From Lepidodermella squamata (lineage: Eukaryota; Animalia; Gastrotricha): a stretch of DNA of 64,000 nt. The notes beneath the pieces were generated by a model. It made no database searches, was not told where the DNA came from, and worked only from the letters and a program-made list of their open reading frames with translations. This document shows, piece after piece, positions 12,201 to 24,244 of the stretch. Numbering within the stretch: position 1 is the first letter of the stretch; each line of letters opens with the position of its first letter. The DNA is taken from assembly GCA_047495785.1 (NCBI GenBank), contig JBLDXI010000024.1:1116001-1180000 (forward strand), given 5' to 3'. The translations under genes were made by a program, and so were the position numbers.

Positions 12201-13749
12201 GTTCGGCTCTTTCTGGCTAGTTTTGGCGATGCTGTTCAACGCTGCGATGAAAACTGACACGCCGAGAAGTGTCGCTGGGCGATTTATCACCAATATTTGG
12301 GCATTTTTCTGCGTAATTTTCATGAGCAGTTTTATGGCTAATCTTGCCGCATTCATGATTACAAAAGAAGAATTCTACGATTTTACCGGAATCGACGATT
12401 TTCGGGTAAAAATAATGAGCTAATAGTGCTAATAATGAGCTATTCATTAATAATTTCTTATCAAATTTTCAGCTGAAAAATCCGTTCACGCGAAATCCAC
12501 CATGGAGGTAAATTTCCAGATTTTTCTAATTTTCTAGTTTTTCTAATTTTATTTAAATTTTAAGATTCGCTACAATCCCTCATGGAGCAACCGAGCATTT
12601 AATTCGCACTAATCACCCTGCCATGTACGAATATATGCGAAAATTTATGAAAGCTGATGTTGACGAAGGTGTTGAGGCCGTTCAATTAGGGTAAAAATAA
12701 ACTTTACGAAGAAAATTTGAATAATATATTGATTTTGCAGTGAACTTGATGCCTTCATCTACGACGCTTCGGTTCTGTCGTACAAAGCTGGTCGAGATAA
12801 AAAATGCCAGCTTAAAACCGTGGGAAAATGGTACGCGCCAACTGGTTACGGATTCGGCCTCCCGAAATCTTCAAAATGGCTCCACAGCATCAATAAATAT
12901 CTCGTTAAGTACCAAGTTGGAGGGCATCTACAACACTTGGAAGATTATTGGCTGAGCAGTTCTTGTAAAGATCATGTTTCGAAAGAAGTTCATAAAAGCA
13001 GTGAACTGGGCATCGCTAACCTTATGTCAGTTTTCGCTATGTTGTCAGTCGCTATTATCATTTGCGGGCTATTTTTCGGCCTTGAACACGTCTACGTCCG
13101 ACAGTTCAGAAATACATGGCGCAGACGGAGCAGTGTTTTACGACTTATCGCTCCAGTAAAAATTAAAAAAAAAGCAATCGATTTTCGTTTATTTTTCATA
13201 ATTTTTATAGAGCCTTGGTCGAGCTTTCAGTCTGCGACGATCAGCACTCCGATTCATTGGCCGTGGTCCGGCTTGCACGAACCAATATTGCCGATACCGC
13301 CAGCAACTTCTGCAGCAACAATTGAGCAGCTGTAGGAGCCGAATTAGTCAAATTGAAAGGTATTATTTTTTCTATTTTTTGTAATTGTTTCGTCATTTTT
13401 CCCCAATTTTTCCAGTGCGAAAGACGCGGCACTGGAGACATTGGCCAGATGCGTTCGAGACGGCGTTTTTCACTTCAAAAACGTGCCGATAGCTCATATT
13501 GACAGTCTAACAGTCAGCCAAATGGACGCCCAGCTTAACAGCGTCAGTTGTTCGGCGCGTCTTTGCGAACTGGCCGGCTACGACGGCGCCGATAGTTGCA
13601 CCTACAATCATTATCACGAAGATGAAGATGCTGATGGCGATTACGACAATTCAGTGCATCAGGGTGAGAATGGCGAAGAGCTGCGAGGCGGATATCCGGG
13701 CGATGGCGAGGAAGAAGATGACGACACAGCGACCATAGTGGCGGGTTAA
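9213..13749 (+). CDS. Ionotropic glutamate receptor, NMDA-type GluN2-like subunit, copy 1; ~9 exons
   Basis: Signal plus ATD in a large first exon (9213-~10363); LRIATLDEPPYV, CCLGYVID, SLKINTDRSSVIDFS, AFLEPFS, M2 LFNAA, M3 SFMANLAAFMI, IPHGATE, FIYDA, TGYGFG, M4; C-terminal CxxxxC plus coiled coil and acidic tail. Confidence 0.92.
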
Positions 13750-14527
13750 AACCTCAGCGCTACTAATATGACTAAAAGCATTAAGGAGGATGGCTACATT
13801 TTTGTAAATATTCAACGGAATCATGTTTCATGTTAGCGCGTCTCTATGTAATATATCCGTTAATGCAATAAATACATGCCGTTATGTGTGACTTTGTCAA
13901 AATTTGCCTAAAAGCATCAAAAATGCACTTCCTCTTCGATGAGAAAGCAACATTATTATTTGCGGAATATCAAATAACCAATGAAGCGAAGGAGGAAGCG
14001 ATGAGCTATTTTTACACGCGGTGTTTTGCGCAGTGAAGCGTGAATATGTGATAATAGCCGTAAAATATCCACAATGAGTGCCTTTTTTGATGCGACAGGT
14101 GCAATTACCTGATATTGCGTATCACTCCAAAGCACTTGCGACAATAATAGTCCCCAGAATTCTCGATTTCACGCCTCAAATTTCCCCATGGTTATCTCGT
14201 TCCAAAATCCGAGCTGCGGTTCTAAATATTTCAACCACTAGAATTGAAGTTCCAGAACTAAAATTACACTCATTTCTTTCCTAATCGATAAATCCACCCT
14301 AATATAACACAGGAATTTCTCATTTTAGCTACTTCTAGGCTGTTAATATCGGAAAAATCACTGATTTGTAAAATCAATGACATAAATCGATATCGGCTTT
14401 GAAGGCTGAAAATGGAACATATAAGCATTATAATTAAAAAATTAGAATTTTAAGGAAGACGTTATGGGAAACGTATTCGGAAATTTATAGTCCTATACCA
14501 AAAATTTATTCCCAATTTTAAGCTAGA

Positions 14528-17500
14528 ATGATAATATTAATATTATTTACGGCGGCGATTATCAGCAACCCAATATTAGCTGATATGATCAAGCTGATCC
14601 GGTCAAGTTTTGTCGCAGAGCCCCTCGTCGCGCCTCTACCATCAGGGCCCGAGCATGTGTTCACCCTAGGGTTGATAATTACGAACCCTAATATCACCCG
14701 AGAGCAACTCCTCACCTCTCTGAGAATCTCGCCTAGTAAAGATGAAGTTCCTATTTACAAACGGACAACGCCATGGCGCCGATTTATGACGCTACCCATG
14801 GCAGTTCGACTACAACTCAATCCGGTCTATACTTCAGAGTTGGGCCTTCATAATATCGTCAGTAAGCTATTCTGCTCACCGGAAAGCCGTGGGATGAATG
14901 CGGTTATGTTGATAATCGACAACGATTCAGCTTTATCTCACAGCGGGGCGCATTTATCACGATTTTTAGCAACTATCGGCAACTACGTCGGAATCCCGGC
15001 GATGGCGTGGAGCAATTCGATAGTCGACCTGGAACAGTCGACAGACAGCTCGCCTATGCCGATGATACTCCTCGCGCCGTCTGTTCGCAACGAAGCCAGG
15101 GCGATTTACGCGTTTTTGAAGAAGTTCCTACCTAAGAAAAAGGTTTCGATAATTATGAACGCGAAAACACCTGGTGCGCAGATTTTTCTCGAGGAATTAC
15201 GCGCACTTTCTGATGTCGACGAACAGGGCAGGCGGTATTCACGCTTCGAATTCGACAGCCATCAGCAGCATATGAGTTCAAGGTTCATACATGTTGTTAC
15301 CATGGAAGAAGGAGCTCTAGATTTGATGCATAAAGAGCTGGTCTACATCCGCGAGTCGACGGATACCGGCGTTTTAGTCGTGTATGGTGATCCGGAATTT
15401 ACGAATCATCTAATGGATGAAGCCCATGTTTTGGGTATGACGACTACGCAGTACATTTGGCTGAGTTCCAAGTCTACATATGAGGCCGCGGCGCCGCCTA
15501 ACTACGCGCCGGGCATGATTGTAGTGACCTACAACACGTCGATAGGTTCACAACTGAGGGCAGCCCAAGCTGCTATTCGTATTTGGACTGAATCAGTTCG
15601 CCGATTTGTCAGTCTGGTGAAAACGCGGGAATATTTAACTCCTATTATCTCATGCACGCGTTTTCCAAGCCCCAAATGGAACCAGAGCAGGCTATTCCAT
15701 AGGTATGATTATTAATTTTTCTAATATTCATGATGAATAATTGAATGAAAATTAAATAAAAAATGTAACTTATTTAAATTTTAAATTTGAATTTTAAAAT
15801 TGAACTTAATTTGAATATAATTTAAACATTTGATCGGGACTGATTCCAATTTTCTGTTTGAATTCTCAAAGTGTTATTGAAATTTTTAACATTTCATTAC
15901 AAATTTAAATTTTAAATTTTAAAATTAAAATTGTTAAATTTTCAATTTCGATGTTTTCATTTTTTTCAATTTTTGATTTAACAGAATATTAGAACGGCGC
16001 TATGAGCGGTTAATCAACAAATACGGCGGCAATTTTCACGTTGAACTCAACGAGATTGTACTATCTGTACTGGAAATGAATCGCGAATGGCGGCGCATAG
16101 GCGATTGGTCATTCGCAAACGGCCTTAATATTGACAATCAAAAATGGATTCGCCGCTTTGATCGCGAACACAGCGAGCCGGTAAATCACGCCTTTTTACG
16201 TGTAGTCACCCTAGATGAACCGCCTTACGTATCGTACGAATTACCTCAACCTGATGGCCTCTGCCTTAAAACAGCTGTGTCTTGCAAACTCGCACCTGCT
16301 CATATTTTGTGGAAGTAAGTAAATTCGGAAAATTCAATTTTTTAATTAATTCAATTTTTTTAGCCGCAGCACGGTATGCTGCGCGGGATTTGTTGTGGAT
16401 CTTTTGCGTAAATTGTCCCAAGATATCGGATTTCAGTTTGAACTCTTCGAAGTTGCTGATAAAAAATGGGGATCTCTTGATAAGGCAACCGGTAAGTGGA
16501 ACGGCCTAGTTGAGAGCATTTTGAGCGGAAATTCCGACATGGTTGCCACCTCGCTGAAAATTAACACTGACCGCAGTAGTGCGATAGATTTCAGCGTGCC
16601 CTACTACCAAACTGGGATAACAATTCTCGTCAGAGTTCGCGAGGGCGCCGTCTCGCCAACGGCTTTCCTCGAGCCTTTCTCCCTCGACACGTGGCTTATA
16701 GTCTTCCTAGGCTGCGTCAACGCCTTGGCGCTTTTTGTATTCTTTGTTGAAAATTTCAACAAAATCTTCCGCGAAACTGCTCCGGATGCGAGCGTGCTAG
16801 AAATGCAGCTGATCAACAATCAGAAGACGTCATCCTTATTCGGATCGTTCTGGCTGGTCCTATCGATGCTGTTCAATGCCGCTGTTAAAAGGGATATTCC
16901 TCAATCTATCAGCGGCAGATTCATCATCAACATTTGGTATGAAAATTTAAAAAAATTTAAAAAATTTAAAAAAATTTCTTCGGATTCAAGGGCCTTCTTC
17001 TGCGTCATCTTCATGAGTAGTTTCATGGCTAATCTGGCAGCATTCATGATTACTAAGGAAGAATTTCACGACTTCTCAGGCCTTGATGACATTAGAGTCA
17101 GTTTTTCGGATCACTGACAAATTTTAGTTTTTAATTATGAATGTATTTCAGCTGAAAAATCCTTACACCCGGAATCCACCTTGGACGTTTTCTACCATAC
17201 CTTTCGGAGCTACCGAGCATATTATTCGGCAAAAGTATCCATTCATGTACGAATACATGCGAAAATACATGCGGAATGACGTTGACGAGGGCGTCCGAGC
17301 CGTTAAAAATGGGTAAGCTTTGCCTGAAATAAATCCTATAATTTTTTAATTTTTTTTAAGGGAGCTTGATGCGTTTATTTACGACGCCTCAGTTTTGAGT
17401 TACAAAGCTGGGCGGGACAATAACTGTCAGTTGCGAACTGTCGGAAAGTGGTATGCCCCTACCGGATATGCCTTTGGTCTACCGAAATCCTCGAAATGGC

Positions 17501-18489
17501 TTCATGTGATCAATAAGCACATTCTTGACTACCAAGTGTCGGGTAAAAAAATCTTAAAATAGTCTGCTTTTTCTTCCACATTTGTGTTGTAGGTTTCCTA
17601 CAGCATTTGGAAGACTTTTGGCTGAGCAGTTCGTGCAAACAGCGCTTTCAGAAGGAGAATCAAAAGAGTGCGGAACTGGGGATCACCAACTTGAAATCAC
17701 TTTTCGGCCTCCTGGGCGCATCGCTGGTCCTCTGCGCAATTTTCCTCGGCGCTGAAAATTTATACTCCAAACATTTCCGAAGCCGCATATCACATAGCAA
17801 GTTTTGCCGACTGATATCTCCGGTAAGAACATTTTATTTTGAGAATATTTATGCATTTTATCTTTCACTCAGAGTCTTGACAAAGCTCTGAGCATTAAAA
17901 AGAACATGAAGATCCAGACCCCACTACCGAGTGATATGACTTGTCAGAACCCGAATTGTCGCTTCAGGAAGCAACTTCTCGAAAAAGCTCTTATCCGGAC
18001 AAAGGAGCGGCTCCGCATAATTCAACAGTAAAATCCATAGAAAAATGTGATTTTTCTTTAAGTTTTCCAAATTTTTCCAGGGACAAGGACAATGCGATTC
18101 GAGATTTGATCGAAGGCGTTCGGCAGACTGTGATGAAACAGTTCGGGAGACGGCGCTCATCTATCCCTTTCCTTCCAGGGATCCGCCTACCTCTACCAGC
18201 CCCTCAATCATCACCGCGGCCCTCCATTAAGAGCTGCAGAAATCGCGCGTCTTCTGTTAGCGCTCCTAAAGTGATCAATCGATCAGAAAGTTGTACGGCT
18301 AGGCTCTTCTCCCTAAGCAATGATGTTAAGGACAAGAAAAAATCAGTGGTTATTGTTGACATAACATCACCGACTCAACATGGCGATCACAAGAAAGTTG
18401 ACATTGTCATAACCAACTGTGACGCCGCTGAAGATGATCGAGCTTCGAAGTTGATAACTACCTCAGAATTGATAAATTTTACGGCTTAG
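14528..18489 (+). CDS. Ionotropic glutamate receptor, NMDA-type GluN2-like subunit, copy 2; ~9 exons
   Basis: Tandem paralog of 9213-13749: shares GRRYSRFEFDSHQ, SLKINTDRS, LFNAA, SFMANLAAFMITKEEF, FIYDASVLSYKAGRD and the CxxxxC coiled-coil tail. Start codon is less certain. Confidence 0.9.
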
Positions 18490-18870
18490 TCAAATAAGTA
18501 AAGGAAGTATTCATCTTTCAGCCGCCGCGGTACCTTGGGTTTATTCCTGCTTTCCTATAATTTCCTATATTAATGAATTCATTGTTAGCAAGCGATATTT
18601 CATAAACACCCATAGAGGACTGAAATCAGCAAAAGCAGAGAAGACTGCTAGATATCAGCTAAAGGAAAATGAAGCTCAGCAAAAGACTCAGAAAAAGCAA
18701 GTTTGGCCAAGGAAGTGCAGGAAGCAGGCGAGAATGTCGGCAATCACGCTGAGCAGGCGAAGAACATTTCGATAAGGGCATGCCGGTGCTGACTCATTAC
18801 TGACCATTACTGACGCTTGGAAGGCTAATTGCAGTGAATCCAATCTAATTCGCTTCTACACATTCAAAGT
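18439..18870 (+). pseudogene. Decayed copy of the 32387-32902 gene including its upstream region
   Basis: Nucleotide similarity to ~32220-32700 (cgagcttcgaagttgata; ggaagta.tcatctttcagc; gaagcaggc.agaa.gtcgg.aa.ca.gctg..caggcgaagaacat; gacgcttggaaggc) with deletions, frameshifts and no intact ORF. Confidence 0.75.
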
Positions 18871-19978
18871 GCTCGTACCCATGTGACTGGATAAGCGGGT
18901 TTTTCACTTCTATTGAAAAACTAATGGGATTCCTAAGGGTGAGTCTAACTCAAGACCCGAGGCCCCATGGGACAAATGAGGCGAGCCCACTACTGAGCTT
19001 CGAATAATCCACTTGGACTAGATATCGGCGAGTTCAATACAACTCTGATCTAATCAATCTGAATTTATTCATTCCAGATTTGATTGACATTATTCAATCT
19101 TTTATCACTCGGCCTGATGAAAATGAAGTCAACTGCGATGCTGATTCCAATCAAAATGACTGTATCCGATAGTAGTCGCCGGAAACAAAATCTCGGTATC
19201 TGTCACATATGCGTTGACTTGGCACTATTCGTGGTCTCATCAGCAATTGCAGCTTACTTCGTGTTACTTATCTCGTTTGACCTAGGCTTTACGTCATACT
19301 CGCCTTTTCAAAGCCAACCAAGCGAACCTATCTTCTTCAATGCCGTGCTCAAGCCACCAGTTGAGTCAGAAAGTAGCGAAATGTCTGAAGTTCGGGAGAG
19401 TGAGGAAATTATTGCGATTTGGGGCAAGGTTTCATTCCGGCGCGAGTGGATATGGAATATGAACCGCGATGCGAATATAGTTGTCGATGACTCATTGCCT
19501 ATTTCGAGAACAGCAGACAGATGAGAAGAAGATGCTTCAAATCAGGTGGCTTCAACTGATTTCACATTGAGGTTGATTTCAATTTCGTAATATCGTAATG
19601 CTTTGAGCATTTGATCCGCGCGTAAGAACATTGCGCCATGTATTTTTCTATTCCTAACACACTGTATTGCCACCTACGTCGCGATAATGCTTTTTGCTGA
19701 ATGGAAGGGTAGTTTTTTACACACGTTTGATGAAAATTGAAAAATGACTCACATAAGATGATACATAATGCATCATGCATCATTGTATCAGGGTGAAGTT
19801 GTTTTTCCTTAAATAAACCTCTTGCAAGCGGGTGCTTGAAAATAATCACAAACACGAAAGGTGGGAGAAACACAGAGAAAGCCCGCATTGAATGCGTCTT
19901 AACTCCCGCATCACAAAAGAACATTAAATTCTGGGTTCCAACACTTCAGTCATATCCTGGCTAATTTCGGTGTCAGAA

Positions 19979-22900
19979 ATGAATTTCAAAATACTCTTGA
20001 ACATTTTGGCTGCTGCAGCGGTATGTGAAAGCAAGCAGATTTTACAGGTAAAAACATGGCGAAATTCCCGATTTTGTGGCCAGTTCTGAGCAATCTATTG
20101 CAGTACTCCTCAGGGCAAAGCGGAAGCTTCAAAATCGGTTTCATGTTACCTGGTCATCGCACTATATACTCCGATTCGCCAACATCGACCAGGTATATTG
20201 TTATTACCAGAACATCTTATTTCATATCTTAGCATTGAACTTCCAGTAGCTGCTGCTGCGGCGAAATTTCGCCATCAGAGGCTCTTTTAGTGACGCATTT
20301 TAAGCGCCTGATTCGAGATGTTGAATTGTCGCGGATATTAGGCCCAGGGGTTACAATTGGTTTGGAGGTTCTCGATACATGCGGCTCGGAGAGCTTCGCA
20401 ACTGCCCAGGCTATTCATTTGCTGAAAAAGCGGGTTCAACCAGATATCGGATCTGCCGAGCCGCCGATCGCCTTTGTCGTTGGGACGTCCTACAGCAGGG
20501 TGTCTCAAACCATCGCCCCGCTGTTGCAACAGTTCGGCATTCCGCTGATCGATTACGCGGCTACGGCTGACATTTTGAGTGATCAGAATCGCTTCAGAAT
20601 GTTCACTCGAGTGACAGCGTCTGACAAGTACATGGCCCAGGCTATGGTTGAATTCGTGAAAACGAACGCATGGAACTGCGTACATCTACTCTACAGCGTG
20701 GGTCCTTATGGCGAAGCTGGCGCTGAGCAGGTTGCCCAACAGCTGTTGAATTCGAGCATTTCAATCTCGAACGGTGGTCCAATCTCGCTGCCTCTTGATT
20801 ATTCTTCGAAGGCTGACTTTGACGCGGCAGTTGCAAGAATAGCCGAGTCTAAATCTGTTCGGATCATTATTTGCTTCTGCGAGGCGACAACAACACGGGG
20901 GCTTCTACAAGCTATTAAAGACCGACCTGGATTGGGCAAATTCTACATAATTGGCGGGTGAGTTTCATCAGAAATTAGTAAGATGTACAAAAGATGCACT
21001 TACATGGATAAAAATAATGTTGGACACTTGACCGTATGGTTCCAACGCTAAATTTAAGGTTACAGCTCTAGATTTCTCAAAATATCGATGTCGGCATTCC
21101 GCGGAATCATACTTTTCGAGCGATGCAAATTTTTTAAACTAAAAAATAATAAAAAACAATCCTCCTTAACATTGTTATTTTTCTAAATATGAAGCAAAAT
21201 AAGTTGTAGGTAATCATAACTTACTTTACTATTATTTATTTAGTGACTTTTGGGACTCTGAGTTGGATTTGCGAAATCTTGAAATCGTTGCCGATCGCGC
21301 TATTTCGTTCATAACAATCACGTCTGCGCCAAAACCATTGACAGACGAAATCGGAAATATCAGCGATATCAACTCTTGGATAAGAGAAAGCTCCTATCTC
21401 CGGAAGGACACAGATCCTTGGCTGAACGGTAAGAAATCGTTAATCATTCAAAATAGGGAGCCTAAACCCAGGAGACAAAAGGCTTTGTTAAAGTATCTGG
21501 GTAGTTTTTCCTTGGCTAATTTTCCAGTATTCACAGTATTCAATTGTTAGTGCTTGTTTCGAAATTCCATAAGTTGCAGTTTCTTATGGGTAATTTTTAT
21601 GTTTATGTTGACTTGAACTTGTGCGTTCCCTTATACCTAGAGTGTTTGGAGACCTTGAAAGGATGCACGTTGGATCCTACTAATACAAATTTCGATCAAT
21701 GTGGTAAGTTTTCCTTGTTAATTATGACCTGTAAATATGTATAAATAATTTCCTCATTCAAGAGGAAACTGAGTTCAAAGTCACCGATCTACCCTATTCG
21801 GACTGGGTGAATTCACTCAGCAACGCCTTATACGCCGGTGCATTTGCTATGAAATCCCTGTTCGACGAGAAATGCCGCTCAATACCAGGCTCAGATTGTC
21901 GAATGTTCGATCCAGCAAATGACGGTGTCAAACTGTTCCAACATATTAAGAACACCACTATCCCATTGCAAGGCGGTGGAAGATTCAGCTTCTACCTCGG
22001 CCGGGAAGGTTTCCCGCTTTATCGCGTGAATCGTTTTTCAGTCGAGCACAGTGACGGCGGCACGAATTACATAAACCGGCAAATCGGAACATGGGACGTC
22101 AATAGTAAGTTCAAATTAACAGCCGACACATCTGAATATCGGGCTCCTAATGATGTCGTCTGCGCCCGGCCTTACCGCAATGAAACCTGGATCCGAGCCC
22201 CCATTGTACAGGGCGCACTTTCGCCAACGATTCTGTGCGGTAGTCAAGGCTACGGCACTACGATTATCCACAATGAACCGCAAATTAATATCAACAACAA
22301 CAACAGTGTGATTCTGCCGGTGGTTACCACGATACTCTCAGTTGCCATTCTGGCTTTGATCATCGCTGTGGCGATAATTTACCTGAAATTTCAACGGGAA
22401 CCTGATCAGAAACTAGATGACCAGACAGCCTTGGAAATTTCGCGTTTTACTCAGTATCATTTCGGAAACTGCCCCGGCCTGACAATGGACGAGAAACAAG
22501 AATTACGAGACGTTTTGCAGACCTATTACATTCCAAACAATCGCTTATTCTTTTCCAACGAAATCCTAGGTGAAGGCCATAATGGCGTTGTCTATAAAGG
22601 TCAAATGGAAGTCAACGGGGTGTGGCAGGACGTAGCCGTGAAGCAACTGAGAGGCGGTGACTCGATGGAAACTGCCAAATTTCTGCGCGAAGGCAGCGTT
22701 ATGCGCGGCTTTGACCACCCCAATGTGTTGAAGCTACTCGGCATCAACATTTTGGCGAACAATGCTGCTCAGATTATAGTGCCGTATGTTCCTAATGGAA
22801 ATTTGCGCGATTTTCTCGCGACTTACGGTCATTCGTTCATGGAGAGTGAAAAAATCAATCTGTGCCTCCAAATTTGCACGGCGATGGAGTACATTGCGAC

Positions 22901-23444
22901 GAAACAGTGTGTCCATTGCGATCTGGCGTGTCGCAATATTCTTGTCGAATCGCGGACCTACATCAATATCGTTCTCCTTGCTGATTTCGGCCTGTCCAAG
23001 CAGCTCAATGAAAGTGACTACATGAGGCCAAGCGCGGAAGAAGCTGCTTTACCCATTCGTTGGTGCTCGCCTGAAGCCTTAATAGGTGGTAGATACGATG
23101 AGAAGAGTGACGTATGGAGTTTCGGCGTTGTTTGCTGGGAAATTTTTAGCAACGGCGAGAAACCGTATCCAGGACTGAGGAATGATGAGGTTCGAAGACG
23201 TGTTATGACACTCCCCGGGTGCTATCCTGATTTGCCGCAAAGTTGCCGACAAGATTTGTAAGTTTAGCTTGCGCCCAACGAGGTTGGCGGAATCAATTTT
23301 TTTGTACTATATTTTAGCTACGATTCAATCATGCGGATATGTTGGTTCAGAGATACAGCACGAAGGCCAACTTTCAGAGAACTGCGCGAGCGAATACAAC
23401 AATTTCAGCAGTCTCGCAATGTCCAAAACGATGTTGTGGTGTGA
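19979..23444 (+). CDS. Receptor tyrosine kinase with class C GPCR (mGluR-like) Venus flytrap ectodomain, VKR-like architecture, copy 1; ~7 exons
   Basis: Signal exon 19979-20047; VFT motifs [55 protein letters not shown]; one TM helix ([25 protein letters not shown]); TK motifs [33 protein letters not shown]; last exon CWFRD..RRPTF ending DVVV*. Confidence 0.9.
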
Positions 23445-23857
23445 CTTTCCTAATTTTCTAAAAAACCTCAGTTTGCCAGCAGTTTTCGCCTTTATTCATA
23501 ATTAATTTATGTTACCATTTTCCAAATTTATCCTCGGCTTTTCTCATTTCTATTTGAGTAATTTGCTTTTTATCACAAATATAACTACTAAAAGTCTGAA
23601 AAATAGCTAGTGAAAAGCGTGTCGGGATTATGATGCATTACTGTAAGCTCTACGACGTCACCTCCCGTGACGTCACCTAACAATGGTTGACGCCTACCTA
23701 ACTGGAGGAGAATAAGGATGTGGCGTAGCTGTAGGCTGTAGCATAAAGTGCTGCGTCTGATTAATTCATATTGCATTCATCTTCAAACAATTTTTCACTG
23801 ATAAATACTCTGGAAGCTTTTGTTGTCAATAAACACTTACATAGTATATTCATGGTA

Positions 23858-24244
23858 CATGAGACGTACTATAGGACGCCGCGGCTTCGAAGCTCCCGTT
23901 ACATGGGCCTCTTGAAGGCCGCGGACTGTGCATATCGGAATGTGCATACGAATTAAATTTTATTCCAGTAATTTCGAAATTAAAGAAATTTTAATTTATA
24001 AAATTTTAATTTTTTAAATGTCAATAATTAAAAACTGATGAGAATTCTTTTACAGCAAAAGATCGGCGTGACGCTGTGTAAAGATGTGTTGATCTCGTTG
24101 ATCTTAAGCAAAAAAGAGGCTTGAGATGATAGCAAAAAGTGCAATGAGATGATTCATTGGTCGAGCTGGACTTTGGACCTCATTAAAAATATCACACGTT
24201 TTCTGATTCTCAGCAAGCTGCGGCGTCCTATAGTACGTCTCATG
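23858..24244. mobile_element. MITE with ~30-bp TIRs and 8-bp TSD (P- or hAT-superfamily-like)
   Basis: catgagacgtactataggacgccgcggctt ... aagctgcggcgtcctatagtacgtctcatg, flanked by tcatggta on both sides (23850-23857 and 24245-24252); no ORF of note. Confidence 0.9.
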
